Positions 48,817-60,210 of a stretch of DNA of 64,000 bases are shown here, in pieces. The notes under the pieces were generated by a model. The model was not told the origin of the DNA and searched no databases. It worked only from the letters and a program-made list of their open reading frames with translations. Each line of letters opens with the position of its first letter. Position 1 is the first letter of the stretch. Source of the DNA: Bilabrum cf. latius (Eukaryota); assembly GCA_965178125.1 (NCBI GenBank), contig OZ237757.1:434001-498000 (forward strand). Direction: 5' to 3'. A program made the position numbers and the translations under genes.

Positions 48817-51252
48817 ATGGCCGCAGCAGGGGCTTAGAGCGATGAATCTGGCAAACAGTATCTTTTTCCTGCACAGAAAGCAATTGGACGCCCACTCAAA
48901 CACTCGGTACAGAGGGCTGTGGTGGCCTGTAGCAATTTCGATGGTGAGTTGACCACTGCTCAAGACAGGTTGGGCTTGGATGTCTGCTTGGCGTGTAAAT
49001 ATGTTCACTTAATGGGGCTGCCCCCCTTTAAGACTGGGACGTGTGCCGTGCTCGGCTGATCAAAGGAGCTCTGCGTGTTATTGCGGATATACTGTTCGTT
49101 CGCAGGTATCGCCGACGGAGTCGCTCTCACCTTGAATATGCTTGTCGACTACTTGCAAAAGTGTGGCATTGAGGTGCTGGTGCTGACCTGTGGCTACAGT
49201 GAGCCTCAATTGAAGACATTGGCGACGAGGTAGCGCACGGTGCCCGGCATCGTAATCCAAGGCAAGTACTAGATGGGCTACCCGATCAGCTCCGAGGTCA
49301 TTGCAGAGCTAGAAGAGTTTGATCCGCAAGTTATTCACTGCGGTAGTCCCTGCCCGATGGGCGTGTCGGTGATGCGATGGGCGAAGGGCCGTGGCGGGGA
49401 CAAGAACGTCCCCTGCCTCATCACCTTCCACACCGACTTTGCCTCCTACCTGCGATTCCATTTCGCGGGTGCCATCGAGCCTGCCTTGTGGTGGTATTTC
49501 GGGTGGTTTTACTCCCACGCCGACAGGCTGCTCGCTCCCTCCCGCACCACGATGCTCAACCTGGCCGAGAAGGGCTTCGATTCCGACGTGCTGGGCGTGT
49601 GGGGCAGGGGCGTAGACATGCGAGCGTTCAGCCCCTCCAAGCGATCCCTGGAATGGAGGCGGTCCATCGGAGTGGCTGACGACGACATCATGATCCTGTT
49701 CGTGGGCAGGTTGGTCAAGGAGAAGAACCTCGTCGGAGTCAACGCGACCTTCAGAAACCTGACCAAGCGGGGAGTTAAGTACAAGGGGGTGGTGGTGGGG
49801 GAGGGGCAGTCCGCCTCTACGCTGACGGACGGGCTGCCTGACGACGTTCAGCTCGTGGGGTTCATGGGAGGGGACGACCTGTGCATGGCCTACGCGTCGG
49901 GTGACGTTTTCTACTTCCCCTCGCCCACCGAGACCTTCGGCCGTGTGACGATTGAGGCCATGGCCAGCGGCCTGCCGGTGGTGGGCGCGGCGGGCGGCGG
50001 CACTCTCGACATCCTGACCGAGGGCGAGGACGGGTACCTCTGTGACCCCGACGACTACGAGGAGCAGGCGGACAGACTTGAGGCGCTGGTAAACGACCCC
50101 GAGTTGCGGAACCAGATGGCCGCGCGGGCGCTGCGGAACAGTCGGGACTGGGGATGGGAGAAGATCCTGCAGGGTATGGTGCGAGAGTACGACAGGTTGG
50201 CTGGGTTCGTGCCATACCCGTACGACCCGTCGCCCGACGGTGCCGACGGGCAGGCAGTCGGGGCAGGGGCCCAAGGAGCAGAAGAGGGTGGGGAGGAGGA
50301 GGGTGGCAAGCAGACGGTCGCATCGCGAGGGGCTGCCGCCGGCGGAGCTCCCAGTGGCGCGGCCGCGGGATCGGGCGCGGTACCCTCAGGGGTAGACCCT
50401 GCCGGTGAGGGCTCCAAGCCAGGGAACAAAGACGACTCGCCCCCGGCCAGCTTGCTGATCCGGACACCCAGCTAGGGCGGGTCTGGCGCGTCAGGTGCGG
50501 CATTTGCGAGCCCCGGTACTCCGATCGATTCCGGGTTGCGGCCCAGGAAAGACCTGCCGGACCTGCCCCACATGCCGGGCAAGCTCGCCCGCACGCTCGT
50601 CACACTGCCTGAGGGCAAGCGTGCCCTGGAGGTGCGGTCGAGGGCACGGACGAGGTCGCGTTCTGCGAGCGGGATGGGGCTGGGGCTCGGTTCTGGTGTG
50701 ACGAGCGCGGCGGCAGGATCCTCTGTGTCTCCCTTGAAGCGGCTCAGCGAGGCAGAGGAAGAAGACGAGGAGGAAGACGACGGGGAGGCCAAGGAACAAG
50801 AGGAGGAGGATGGTGATGGTGTGACGAGGGAGGTGCACGTGGCTGGTGGAAAGGGGAAGGGGGAGGGTGGGAGGCCCTGCGGGGAACAGCTGCTGGCGGG
50901 GTGCGTGGACGTGGACGAGGGCGCCTGCCGGCCCGCGGCTGGTTGGGACATCACCACTTGGTGGTCTCTTGCCGCGAGTTTCTGGGACGGCGGGCTCGGT
51001 GGGGATGGGGAGCTGGAGGAGGACGGGAAGGAGGAGGATGGGGTGGTTGGGAAGGGTGGGCAAACCGGCGCTGGGGTGGCGATCAGTGGGGGGCTGGCAG
51101 GCGGGAGAGCTGGGCGTGGGGAGGACGAGGACGATCTGGGAGATGAGCTGGGGGACGACGGGGATGAGCTGGGGGAGGTGGAGGAAGAGGAGGAAATGAT
51201 GAGGATTGCTGCTGCGTCTGCTGCCAAGCAGGTGGCCGGCGGCGGCTCGTGA
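48817..51252 (+). CDS. Glycosyltransferase family 4 (SQD2/MgtA-like) with an acidic C-terminal tail; 2 exons
   Basis: RAVVACSNFDG|IADGVALTL across intron 48944-49105; FHTDFASY, WGRGVD..FSP, FVGRLVKEKN, ETFGRVTIEAMASGLPVV; 4 TAGs; ends TGA. Start could be further upstream (in-frame ATG 48601). Confidence 0.88.
48944..49105 (+). other. Spliceosomal intron (GT4)
   Basis: GTGAGT...TCGCAG; joins NFDG to IADGVA. Confidence 0.8.
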
Positions 51253-51380
51253 ACTGCCCGCACACTACTAGATCTACTTTGCTCAACTCGGTTGCAACCA
51301 CTGCAGTGGCGCTCGCCTCCACATTGCACTCGAGTACCCGGCGATTCAAACACACTGCTTGTCCTCCCCACAGTCTATAT

Positions 51381-53915
51381 ATGGAAAAACCTGTAACACT
51401 TTTAAGCTGCGATGCCCTTGCGAGGCTGCTGCCCACGAGCGAGACTGCATTCCCAGGGTCGGACCGTGCTCACAGGCAAGGCTCTCGTTCAGGCAAAGGA
51501 GGGAAGACTAACAGAAGAGATGGCAAGGCAGGCAAGTTAAGGTATCGGCTAGAAGGAGTAAGAGGTGCGGAAATCGGCGAATCGTATGCGACGGATGTGT
51601 CGCAGAGCTTTCGCAAATTCGTGCACCCAACGGGTATCCCAGCTGGCGGTGTCGTCGCGCTACGAATTCCGGATGCATCCAGTTTTGAAAAGTCTTATAG
51701 AGACAAAAAACACCATGCTATCCCAAACGCTGTTCGAGGAGCCAGAAATAGGTATGGAGCACCCGCTGGCCGGTACTTGGCGAACGACGACGCGTACGTT
51801 GTGGACCCACCAGCTTAGAGTCCCGCAAGCAGTCGCGAGCAGAACCTTTCTGTGCGCAAATCAGAAACAATTTTTGTCGGTAGCCGTGCATTGGTGCCTA
51901 CGCGCTCGTATTTTGTGCGAAATGCTCGGCAGATGGTACTGAGCCAAGACTACGCCGGCATGCAGCGAGACCGCGCGCGGCGCGCCAAACAGGTGAGGAC
52001 GCAGTAGCTGAGTGCAAAGCAAGCGCAGGAAGAGGAGGAAGAAGCCGCTGCAGAACGACTGAACGTTAGCAAGGAGCAGCTCAGGCAGTTTGTCAAGGAG
52101 CAGGAGCAGCTTAAGCACTCAAAGGAGACGACCGAGCAGCTGCTCGCCCGCCGAGACACGTTCGAGACGGGCTGGCTGCAGCCCGACCAGGTGCGCTCCG
52201 CTCTATCCAGAGCACCCAAGGCAATTCGCATAGCCCCAGACGCCGTGGAAGCTTTACTATCTTAGCTGCCATCTCGATCGAACGGCTCAGTGTACTACAG
52301 GAGGCTGCCCGGACTGGCCGTCAAGATGGGTGTGCTGCACACTGCAAGTCGAGCGAAGCATCAGGAGCAGCGAGCACCAGTTCGCATTGTTGCAGTTGCT
52401 AGCAAACACACCGGCGATTTGGCCCGCGAATCTGCAGTCGAGCGCACGGTGGGTGGCTTCAGCCGAAGAAACCCATGGTCCATTGTTGGAGCCGGGGTAG
52501 GCGCAGCAGGGGTCAAGATGGGAGAGCCGCTCGGTTCTGAGTTGTACCCTGCAACCAAACAGGCCATGGGGCCTTTAGGTCGTGCTGCGGTTCCCACCAA
52601 AGAAGCGGGCACCGTCAGTACTTCATACATGTCCTCAATCTACACCAAGGGGGACTCAGCCGGGGTGCCATTTGCAGGGGTGGACGGATTGGGAAGGAAG
52701 CACAGGGACATGCACGCTATGAAACACGAAGCAAGGACCAGAGGCCTGCTGGGTCCCGGTCCGATCCGAGATCCCGAGTCCAGGGGCAGGCCTCGCTCGT
52801 CTGCTTTCGGGACGGCGGGCCAGGGCGCGTGGGAGCCGCTGCCCGACGGTGCCGGCGGGCAGCCCGTTGTCTCACATGTGGCGATAGAAGCAGACAGTGC
52901 GGCTCCTAGAGCCAACGGGTTGCCACTTTTGATGCAGGCTCCGCGTCCTGATAAAAACGCGGAGCAGGCTGAGCAGACGACGGGGCAGCAATTGGAGTCG
53001 CGCATCCCTGTAGCGGGGGGTGTGCGAGCAAAAACGATTGCAGAGGAGGTGCCGCAACCCGCAAGCCAATCCCCGGAAAAAGAACCAGAGACAGAGCTCA
53101 ATTCAAATCTAGGAACATCGGTATGGCAGTTGCAGCAATCGCAAGCGGTGGCAACAGGCGAGAGCCTGCTTCACGCGGCCAGCGTGGGCATGCGTATCGT
53201 AGAAGAAGATGAGCTAGAGCAGCCAGCAACGTTAGCGCAACCAGACACTCGGTATGATGGTGGTGTCATCCCGCCTTCGTTCAATGCTTCGTTGCTGCAC
53301 CAGCATGGTTCCCTCGAAGGCGGCTCATCAGGCACGGCACCTCAGGAGGAGCATCACGGGGAGGGGCGCCGAGCACTTGCCCCGGGGAGTCCGCACCACC
53401 CAAGCTCCAGCAAGCTGGTGCCCTATGAGCAACATGGACGAAGATCTGAAAAGCATGGATAGGTCATTGTCTAGAGCAACGATACAGTGGCGCAGGACGC
53501 CTTCGGGGACCGGGCGGTTTCGGCTGGATTCGCAGGCACACTCGAGCCGAGGAAGCCCAGGGCACGAACATTCCGAGAGAAAATGATCAGCCTGCGGCTC
53601 GGGGCCGATAAGTGTGCCGCGGTGCTCGGAAAAGTGCATCGTTCCTTTCTGCTGGTTGCATTCACGAAGTGGCACCGTGCATCCGACGCGATCGGGGAGC
53701 AGCAGCAGGCGAGGCGATTCCTGCAAGCGCGGGCCCTCCGGCAATTCTTGTCGGTAGTGGAGCAGGCGACCGAGCGCCTCATTGGGTACAAGTTCGAGCT
53801 GTGGCGTGACACCGTGATGGACAAGTCCTGGAATCCGTTTGGCCCGCCTGACGTGGACTCGGACGACTCGGAGGCGAGCAGCGCAGATGAGTTCGATGAT
53901 GACGAGATCCTGTGA
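51381..53915 (+). CDS. Hypothetical protein (coiled coil and a possible degenerate EF-hand)
   Basis: Fragments 51249, 52290 and 53487 in one frame with 5 TAGs; RDTFETGWLQPDQVRSAL resembles an EF-hand loop; ends TGA. Confidence 0.65.
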
Positions 53916-54309
53916 GCGCAGATGGTGATGGTGGCCACATCACCCAAGAACCGTCAAACGATGTTGGCTGACATCAAACTTGCCTGTGAATACATCCAGT
54001 TCGTTAGACCATGTCTACTGGAGTACTCCATGAAGGTGAGTCTTGTAGCTGGGAGAAGGCTTATCTAGCAGCTAGCTGCGCTCAACCAGCCGCCTTGAGC
54101 TGCACGCCTTAAAACTTGAGATTACAGACTAAATTTCGTATTACTTCCTTCAACTGCACCCATCCTGGTCTCTAGATCTAAACTCCGGAATCCGGAGTCC
54201 GGATCTTGAGTCATTCTTGACCCAGCATTGAATCCATCCTCTCGGTAGGCGTAGGGCACGGCCGAACTGCTTCGCTTCTAACCTGTCCAAACGCTTGTTG
54301 GTCTAGTCT

Positions 54310-54393
54310 GCATGTGCAACGGTACGCTGTGCACCCCGCTTAAAGCTGCCTTGGTGAGGGGACACGGTGATTGCGTGGCGGCGATTCGAGCCG
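54310..54393 (+). pseudogene. Duplicated fragment of the 3' (ankyrin-like) end of the PCIF1 gene
   Basis: 84-bp close match to the reverse complement of 57158-57241 (CTPLKAALVRGHGDCVAAIRA vs CTPLQAALVRGHGDCVAAIRA); preceded by in-frame TAA 54279. Confidence 0.75.
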
Positions 54394-54491
54394 AGAGAGA
54401 CACGCGAGGTCGTGTGAGATGAATAAGGGCGTAAGCCGTTTATTGTTGCTGCAGGCAACGAATGCACCATTTTTTCTACCCGGTGCCCGGG

Positions 54492-54590
54492 TACTAGTGC
54501 CCAAACACGCTCCCAGAGCGAGTCAAGTGCCCGGATACTAGTGCCCAAACACGCTCCCAAACACGCTCCCAGAGCGAGTCAAGGTGCGGA
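54492..54590. repeat. Short nested tandem duplication
   Basis: TACTAGTGCCCAAACACGCTCCCAGAGCGAGTCAAG occurs twice, the second copy with an extra AAACACGCTCCC. Confidence 0.85.
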
Positions 54591-54627
54591 TGGCCCGACG
54601 TTGCCCCAGCCAGCCACAGGAACTCGT

Positions 54628-55725
54628 TCAGTTGCCGATCGGTGGCGGCAGCGGCTGCCTCGGGTACCCGCCTCCCCCCACGTGCCCAGGCGCGCTGTTG
54701 TTCACAATCATCAGGTGCTTCGAGATCAGGATCATGTCGTCCACGTAGCTGTTCCCCTCCCCGCCCACGCCGCTCATCTCGATCCCGTACACCTCCCGCA
54801 CCTCGTCTGCCACCCCGTGCTCCACGCACACCTGCTGCGCGTCCCAGGCCGTGTCGTCCACCTGGTAGGCCCCGTAGTCCACGAGGGCCTACAGGATCTT
54901 GCGGGCCACGGGGGTGGCCAAACTGGCGTTGAGGTCGCTGGCCTCCGTTGGCTTGACGGCGAGCAGAGTGCCCTGGCGCATCCATGGGTTGGTTCCGTTG
55001 TAGGCAATGTCGCTGCTGTTGTCCAGAGCGTAAGTATCGCAATTCGTGGCTGGCCATCGGAAGCACTCTTGCGGCTGGCCAGCCGGCGGCTTGAACAGGT
55101 AGTCTTTTCCGAACACCTCCCACTTGAGCACGTGCTGGATTGGCCCGCTGCCAGGCAGCAGCTCACCAAGGCGGATGGTCCCGCCGATGCTCGACAGACC
55201 GGAGCCGCTGTGACCGCCATACATACCCTCGGCATAAATCGACCCATTCACGCTTGGCTTAATGTCGTTGGTCGTGTATCCGTAGACGGGCCCGTTTATC
55301 TTACAACGAGTGAGCGGATTTAGAGATACCATTGTGCTTCCATCCGGTTGCAGCACTGCAGCAGCGTTGTTTGGGGTTACATAAGGATCTTCACTGGCAT
55401 CAGGTACCACGAGCCGGGCCGGAAACACAATGTTGCCATGCACCTATGTCCCATTTTGGCAGCGCTTGTTCCAAGATCCGGGGTTTTTCCATTCCACTGT
55501 TGGATCGCTAGCCTCAGTGATTACGAACCAGTCTTCATCGAACGTAAACACCTTCGAGCCGTCGATACCGGACGGGATGTATTGCGCGCTACCGCCAATC
55601 GCAGTGTTCCATATTGAATCCGACTTGAATGGCCATATTAGCTTGTTTCTGGTACCGTCTGGGAGAATATGCTGTGACAGCACGACAGGTGATGCAATGC
55701 AAAGCACCGTTATTGCAGTTTTCAT
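54628..55725 (-). CDS. Secreted protein of unknown function, paralog A of an inverted pair
   Basis: Signal peptide MKTAITVLCIASPVVLS; WPFKSDSIWNTAIG, GGHSGSGLSSIGGTIRLGEL, FRWPA; TAGs 55444 and 54889; ends TGA. Confidence 0.85.
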
Positions 55726-55840
55726 GGTATTTGTCTGTCTAGGGACCAAACTGACGAAATAGGATCCGGTTATGTGGAGATGACGAGTTGCACTTGACGT
55801 GTATCGTTCTGGTTCTTCATGCCATTACAAGACACAAATA

Positions 55841-56953
55841 ATGCGCAGGAGCACGCCGGTACTTGTCTTTTGTATTTGTTTTAGTCTCGGGTGGTTGGTT
55901 GATGCATAGCATATTCTCCCAGACGGTACCAGAAACAAGCTAATATGGCCATTCAAGTCGGATTCAATATGGAACACTGCGATTGGCGGTAGCGCGCAAT
56001 ACATCCCATCTGGCTTGAATGGATCTCACGTTTTCACGTATGATGAAGACTGGTTCGTGATTGCCGATTCTGGCGATCCTCAAGTTGAGTGGCGGGCCCC
56101 CGTTTCTTGGGGGACGCGATGCGGCAATGGCTCTCAAGTGTTTGAGAAGATCAATTTTCCGCCACGCTTGCTCGTCCCAGATGGAAGCACTGATCCACAT
56201 TCTACGCCAAATAACGCTGCTGCCGTCCTTCAGCCGGATGGAAGCACGCTTGTGTCAATGAATCCGCTGGCGCGCTGCAAGATCAATGGGCCAGTGTACG
56301 GCGATGCCACGCCTGCAAATGACCCGAAAGTCAACAGCTCAATCTATGAAGAGGGGCAGTTCGGCGGTCACGGCGGCTCCGGCCTGTCGAGCATCGGCGG
56401 GACCATCCGCCTTGGTGAGCTGCTGCCTGGCAGCGGGCCAATCCAGCACGTGCTCAAGTGGGAGGTGTTCGGAAAAGACTACCTGTTCAAGCCGCCGGCT
56501 GGCCAGCCGCAAGAGTGCTTCCGATGGCCGGCCATGCGGTGCGACGGGTACGCTTTGGACAACAGCAGCGACATTGCCTACAACGGAACCAACCCATGGA
56601 TGCGCCAGGGCACTCTGCTCGCCGTCAAGCCAACGGAGGCCAGCGGGCTCAACGCCAGTTTGGCCACCCCCGTGGCCCGCAAGATCCTGTAGGCCCTCGT
56701 GGACTACGGGGCCTACCAGGTGGACGACACGGCCTGGGACGCGCAGCAGGTGTGCGTGGAGCACGGGGTGGCAGACGAGGTGCGGGAGGTGTACGGGATC
56801 GAGATGAGCGGCGTGGGCGGTGAGGGGAACAGCTACGTGGACGACATGATCCTGATCTCGAAGCACCTGATGATTGTGAACAACAGCGCGCCTGGGCACG
56901 TGGGGGGAGGCGGGTACCCGAGGCAGCCGCTGCCGCCACCGATCGGCAACTGA
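55841..56953 (+). CDS. Secreted protein of unknown function, paralog B of an inverted pair
   Basis: Signal peptide MRRSTPVLVFCICFSLGWLVDA; same motifs as paralog A; TAGs 55907 and 56690; ends TGA. Confidence 0.85.
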
Positions 56954-57134
56954 ACGAGCTCTTTCTTGTAAGGCTGGCTGGGGCAAGCGTTGGGCAATCG
57001 CACCCCCGCTCGCATTAGCCAATGGAAGCGTGGTTTGTCAGTTTTATTCGGATGACTGCGTCCATTTTGGATGGTGCATGATTAGCAAAATGGGTAACGT
57101 AAGGCTGCAGCAACAATGGCTTATTCATCCCATC

Positions 57135-59900
57135 TCATCCAATCTAGCCCAGCTCTACGGCTCTAATCGCCGCCACGCAATCACCGTGTCCCCTCACCAA
57201 GGCTGCTTGAAGCGGGGTACACAGCGCACCGTCGCACCTGCCGCGCCTGTGCAGACCTCCCGCCAGCGCACCCAGCCTCAAGCACCTCTGCAGCTCAGCG
57301 AGCCGCCCATCCCTTGCCGCAGCATGCAGCCTGCTCGCGTGGTCATGCGCAGTTCTTGCCCTCCTGTGCAGCAGCACGACATTTCTTCGGCTAGTCGGGG
57401 TTCGATTCGCCCCAAAGCCAGGTTGTCGACCCGTGGAAATCTGCCTCTGCAAGCTACTCTGCACCGCCGGTGAAGGAAAAACTGGTGTCTCTGGCTCTGA
57501 TACACCGACTGAGGGGACCACTGTTGTCAGCACCGATGCCTGAGCCGGTTGTGGTGCTGGCACAATCGAACCAAGACTGCTGGGTACATGTGAGCTTGGA
57601 CCAGCCGCGACTCTGATCTCCTGGACCTTGCTCATCCCAGCGGGGGGCAGCTTGCTGATATAACCCTTGCTCTAGCCCAGCCTCTGCACGCACACCTCGG
57701 GCAATGCATCGTCCTCTCCCTTCTTGCAGCAAGCCAAGAACGACTCCCGCACCGAGTCAGCTCCAGACTGCCGCACCATACCGCTTGGCACACTGTCACT
57801 GACATCCCCCAGGCTGCTCGTGCCAGAGTCACGCGACCTTTGCACCAATCGGTCCCATCCTGTTTGGTTGAACAAGAAGAACACGAGCGAGTCCACGCGC
57901 GCGCTCCACACCGCCCTCCCGGCGCTGTGCTGCATCCCGTCCCTGTAGTCGTGCTCGTTCCGCCTCAGCCTCACCTCGAGCTTGAGGTGCCTGCTCCCTC
58001 GAGCCATGGCCACGTACTTGTCATCTTCCCACGCTGGCACAAAGACGATCACCCCGCAAGGAGGAGGCTGTGTAAAGCTGCTGCTGCTGTCGTTGCTTGG
58101 CCCAGGCCTCGCCTGGGCGCCCTGTCCAGTCCCACGAGCGCCCCAGCCCAGCTCCCACCACTGGCTCTCGTTCGTCCCGTGTGGCCTACCGGACTCAACC
58201 GCATTTAACAGATCGATGGAGTGCTCCACCGCCCGCCGCATCATGTAGCTCGTGAAGGGGGGATTGCACTCTGCCACGAACCCGCGCGTGCGAGATACGC
58301 CGTCTGGCCTGAAATCGAAAAAGGAGCCGGCCGAGCCGAACGGCGCGTCCGTGTCGGGAAACGCGGAACAGAACGAGGGAAAGTACGCGTTCAGTGGGCT
58401 GGCGAAGCACTCGTGCTCCACACCAGCGCAATCCCCCAGCCACTGCATCACCCTCCGGGGCACGGAGCCCTGGATCCCGCTCGTGGTCCGGCTGAGTGTC
58501 TCGTATCTCGCCACCATGCAGAAGAGACAAGAGAGGAAGGAAGGACCGATCATAGGGGTTGCATGGGAGCTTTGATCTCCTTCTGCTTGTCCGGTGCTGC
58601 TCTTGGAAATGCCAGCAGCGCCAGCGGTGGAGGAAGCAATGCTGCTGCTTCCAGCCGATTCTCGAGGTCCTGCCTGGTGCCAGTGCATCGCCAGCAGCTT
58701 AGCTACCCAAGAGGCTCGAAGGACGAAATTGCAACGGAGCGGCTAGACCTACCCCGCTTCGCGCGGTGTGACGAGTGCACTGGCCGCCGCCCAGCCGGGC
58801 TCTGCGTATCCCATCAAGGGGTCGGAGCCGAGTACGGCCCTGGCCAGTGGCGAGACAGGCAGGCCGGTACCGCCTTCAGGTACCGTCGTTGGACTCGGGC
58901 GGCGGTCGTACTTCAGAAAATGTAAGCCTACGCTGGCACTGTCGATGAGCGGTTTCGCGAGGGCGCCCCCCGGCAGCAGCATGGTGGCCAGCATGCCCTG
59001 CAGGCCCTGGTCCTCGGGGCAGAAAGCGAGCATGGCCCAGTGCTCGTTGGCGGGTCCGAAGTGCGCCATTCTCTGCTTATGTGACACTCTTGCTACCAGC
59101 GCGGCGGCATATGATGTCACGATGGCTCCGATTGTGCTCGTATCCACTGTGCGGGTCCCGGGCACAGCTGCCGTCCTGCTAGTGAGAGGCTGTGCGCTGC
59201 CTGGAGCGGCGCTCACATTCACGGCCCGGTCCCAATTAGGAGGGCCAGCAATGCCGCAAGCTATGCAAACGCCGTTTTGGATCTAACGGACTGGTACGGC
59301 CAAGTCTTGCTAAAGTGCACTTGCAACCTTTGCTGAAGCGCTTGCGAGACTGTTCGACAGCCGGCGAGCAGCTCCTCGCGCCCCTTGCTCAGAGACACCA
59401 GCCTTTGCGAGCTCGCCCACCATGCCTGCATCTACATATTCAGGCACACTTGGTACTAATGGGTCGCTTGGGGACGGGCTGAGCTGCCGCTGTTGGTTGA
59501 TGGCCGCGAACAGCCAACGCGCCCACATGCCTTGGGTGCCCAGCACCCATCCAGTGTCACGTATAGCTCTGCCACTCTTTGTGACAAGTGATGGTTGTGC
59601 CTAAAATCTGCGAGACACTTCGTGTGCAAGCTGTATCCTGGCCCGATTCAGGTAGTACGCCCTCCGTATGGCGCTGTTGGGCGAGTCGGAAGGCACAGAC
59701 CTCTTCTCGACCGATGCAGCTATTCTTGTTGGTTTTGATGCAGCAGAATGTTTTTGTTGGACACAATGTAACACTTCCGGGTCGTACGTGGACTCATTCG
59801 TATCTGTGTTGAAGAAATACTTCCTTCCCGTTCGACGCGAGATGCGCACTACCCAGCTGGAGTGGAGGACACTGGTGCGCTGCACGGCCAAGCCTTCCAT
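57135..59900 (-). CDS. PCIF1: Cap-specific adenosine N6-methyltransferase (CAPAM/PCIF1): N-terminal WW, MTase domain, C-terminal ankyrin-like repeat
   Basis: WW: WVVRISRRTGRKYFFNTDTNESTY; MTase: RYETL..GIQGSVP..ECFASPLN..FCSAFPDTDAPFGSAGSFFDF..ECNPPF..VFVPAW; five fragments in one frame with 7 TAGs; ends TGA 57135-57137. Confidence 0.88.
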
Positions 59901-60210
59901 TGCAGATGCAATATTGCAGCGATTCTCTGATATGCAGCTGTGCTTCTGCGTTTCCAGTGGAGTGGAGCGAGCACAAAAGCTTGCGCATTGCTTCACTCAT
60001 CACGCTTCTCTGCCAGTGCCGGGAGTCAACCCCCGCGCGCCGTGGAGCCGGCCGCTTGGATCACGTGCAGTAAGACCTAGCTGTGATCACACGGGTACAT
60101 TGTGCATGCATACCTCTCCGAACAAATCTCACGATGCAGCCTGCCAGAACCCACACCATGCGAAGGCAATCGCTGCCCCACACCCACCCACCCACCAGCG
60201 CTCGATTGCT

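Noticed and set aside
49004-49025. RNase MRP CR-V-like CACTTAATGGGGCT
   Set aside because: Lies in a 162-nt intron with no matching CR-I or room for the RNA.
53922-54098. Short TAG-containing ORF after the 51381-53915 gene
   Set aside because: Under 60 codons, starts a few bases after the upstream stop, no motif; probably 3' UTR.
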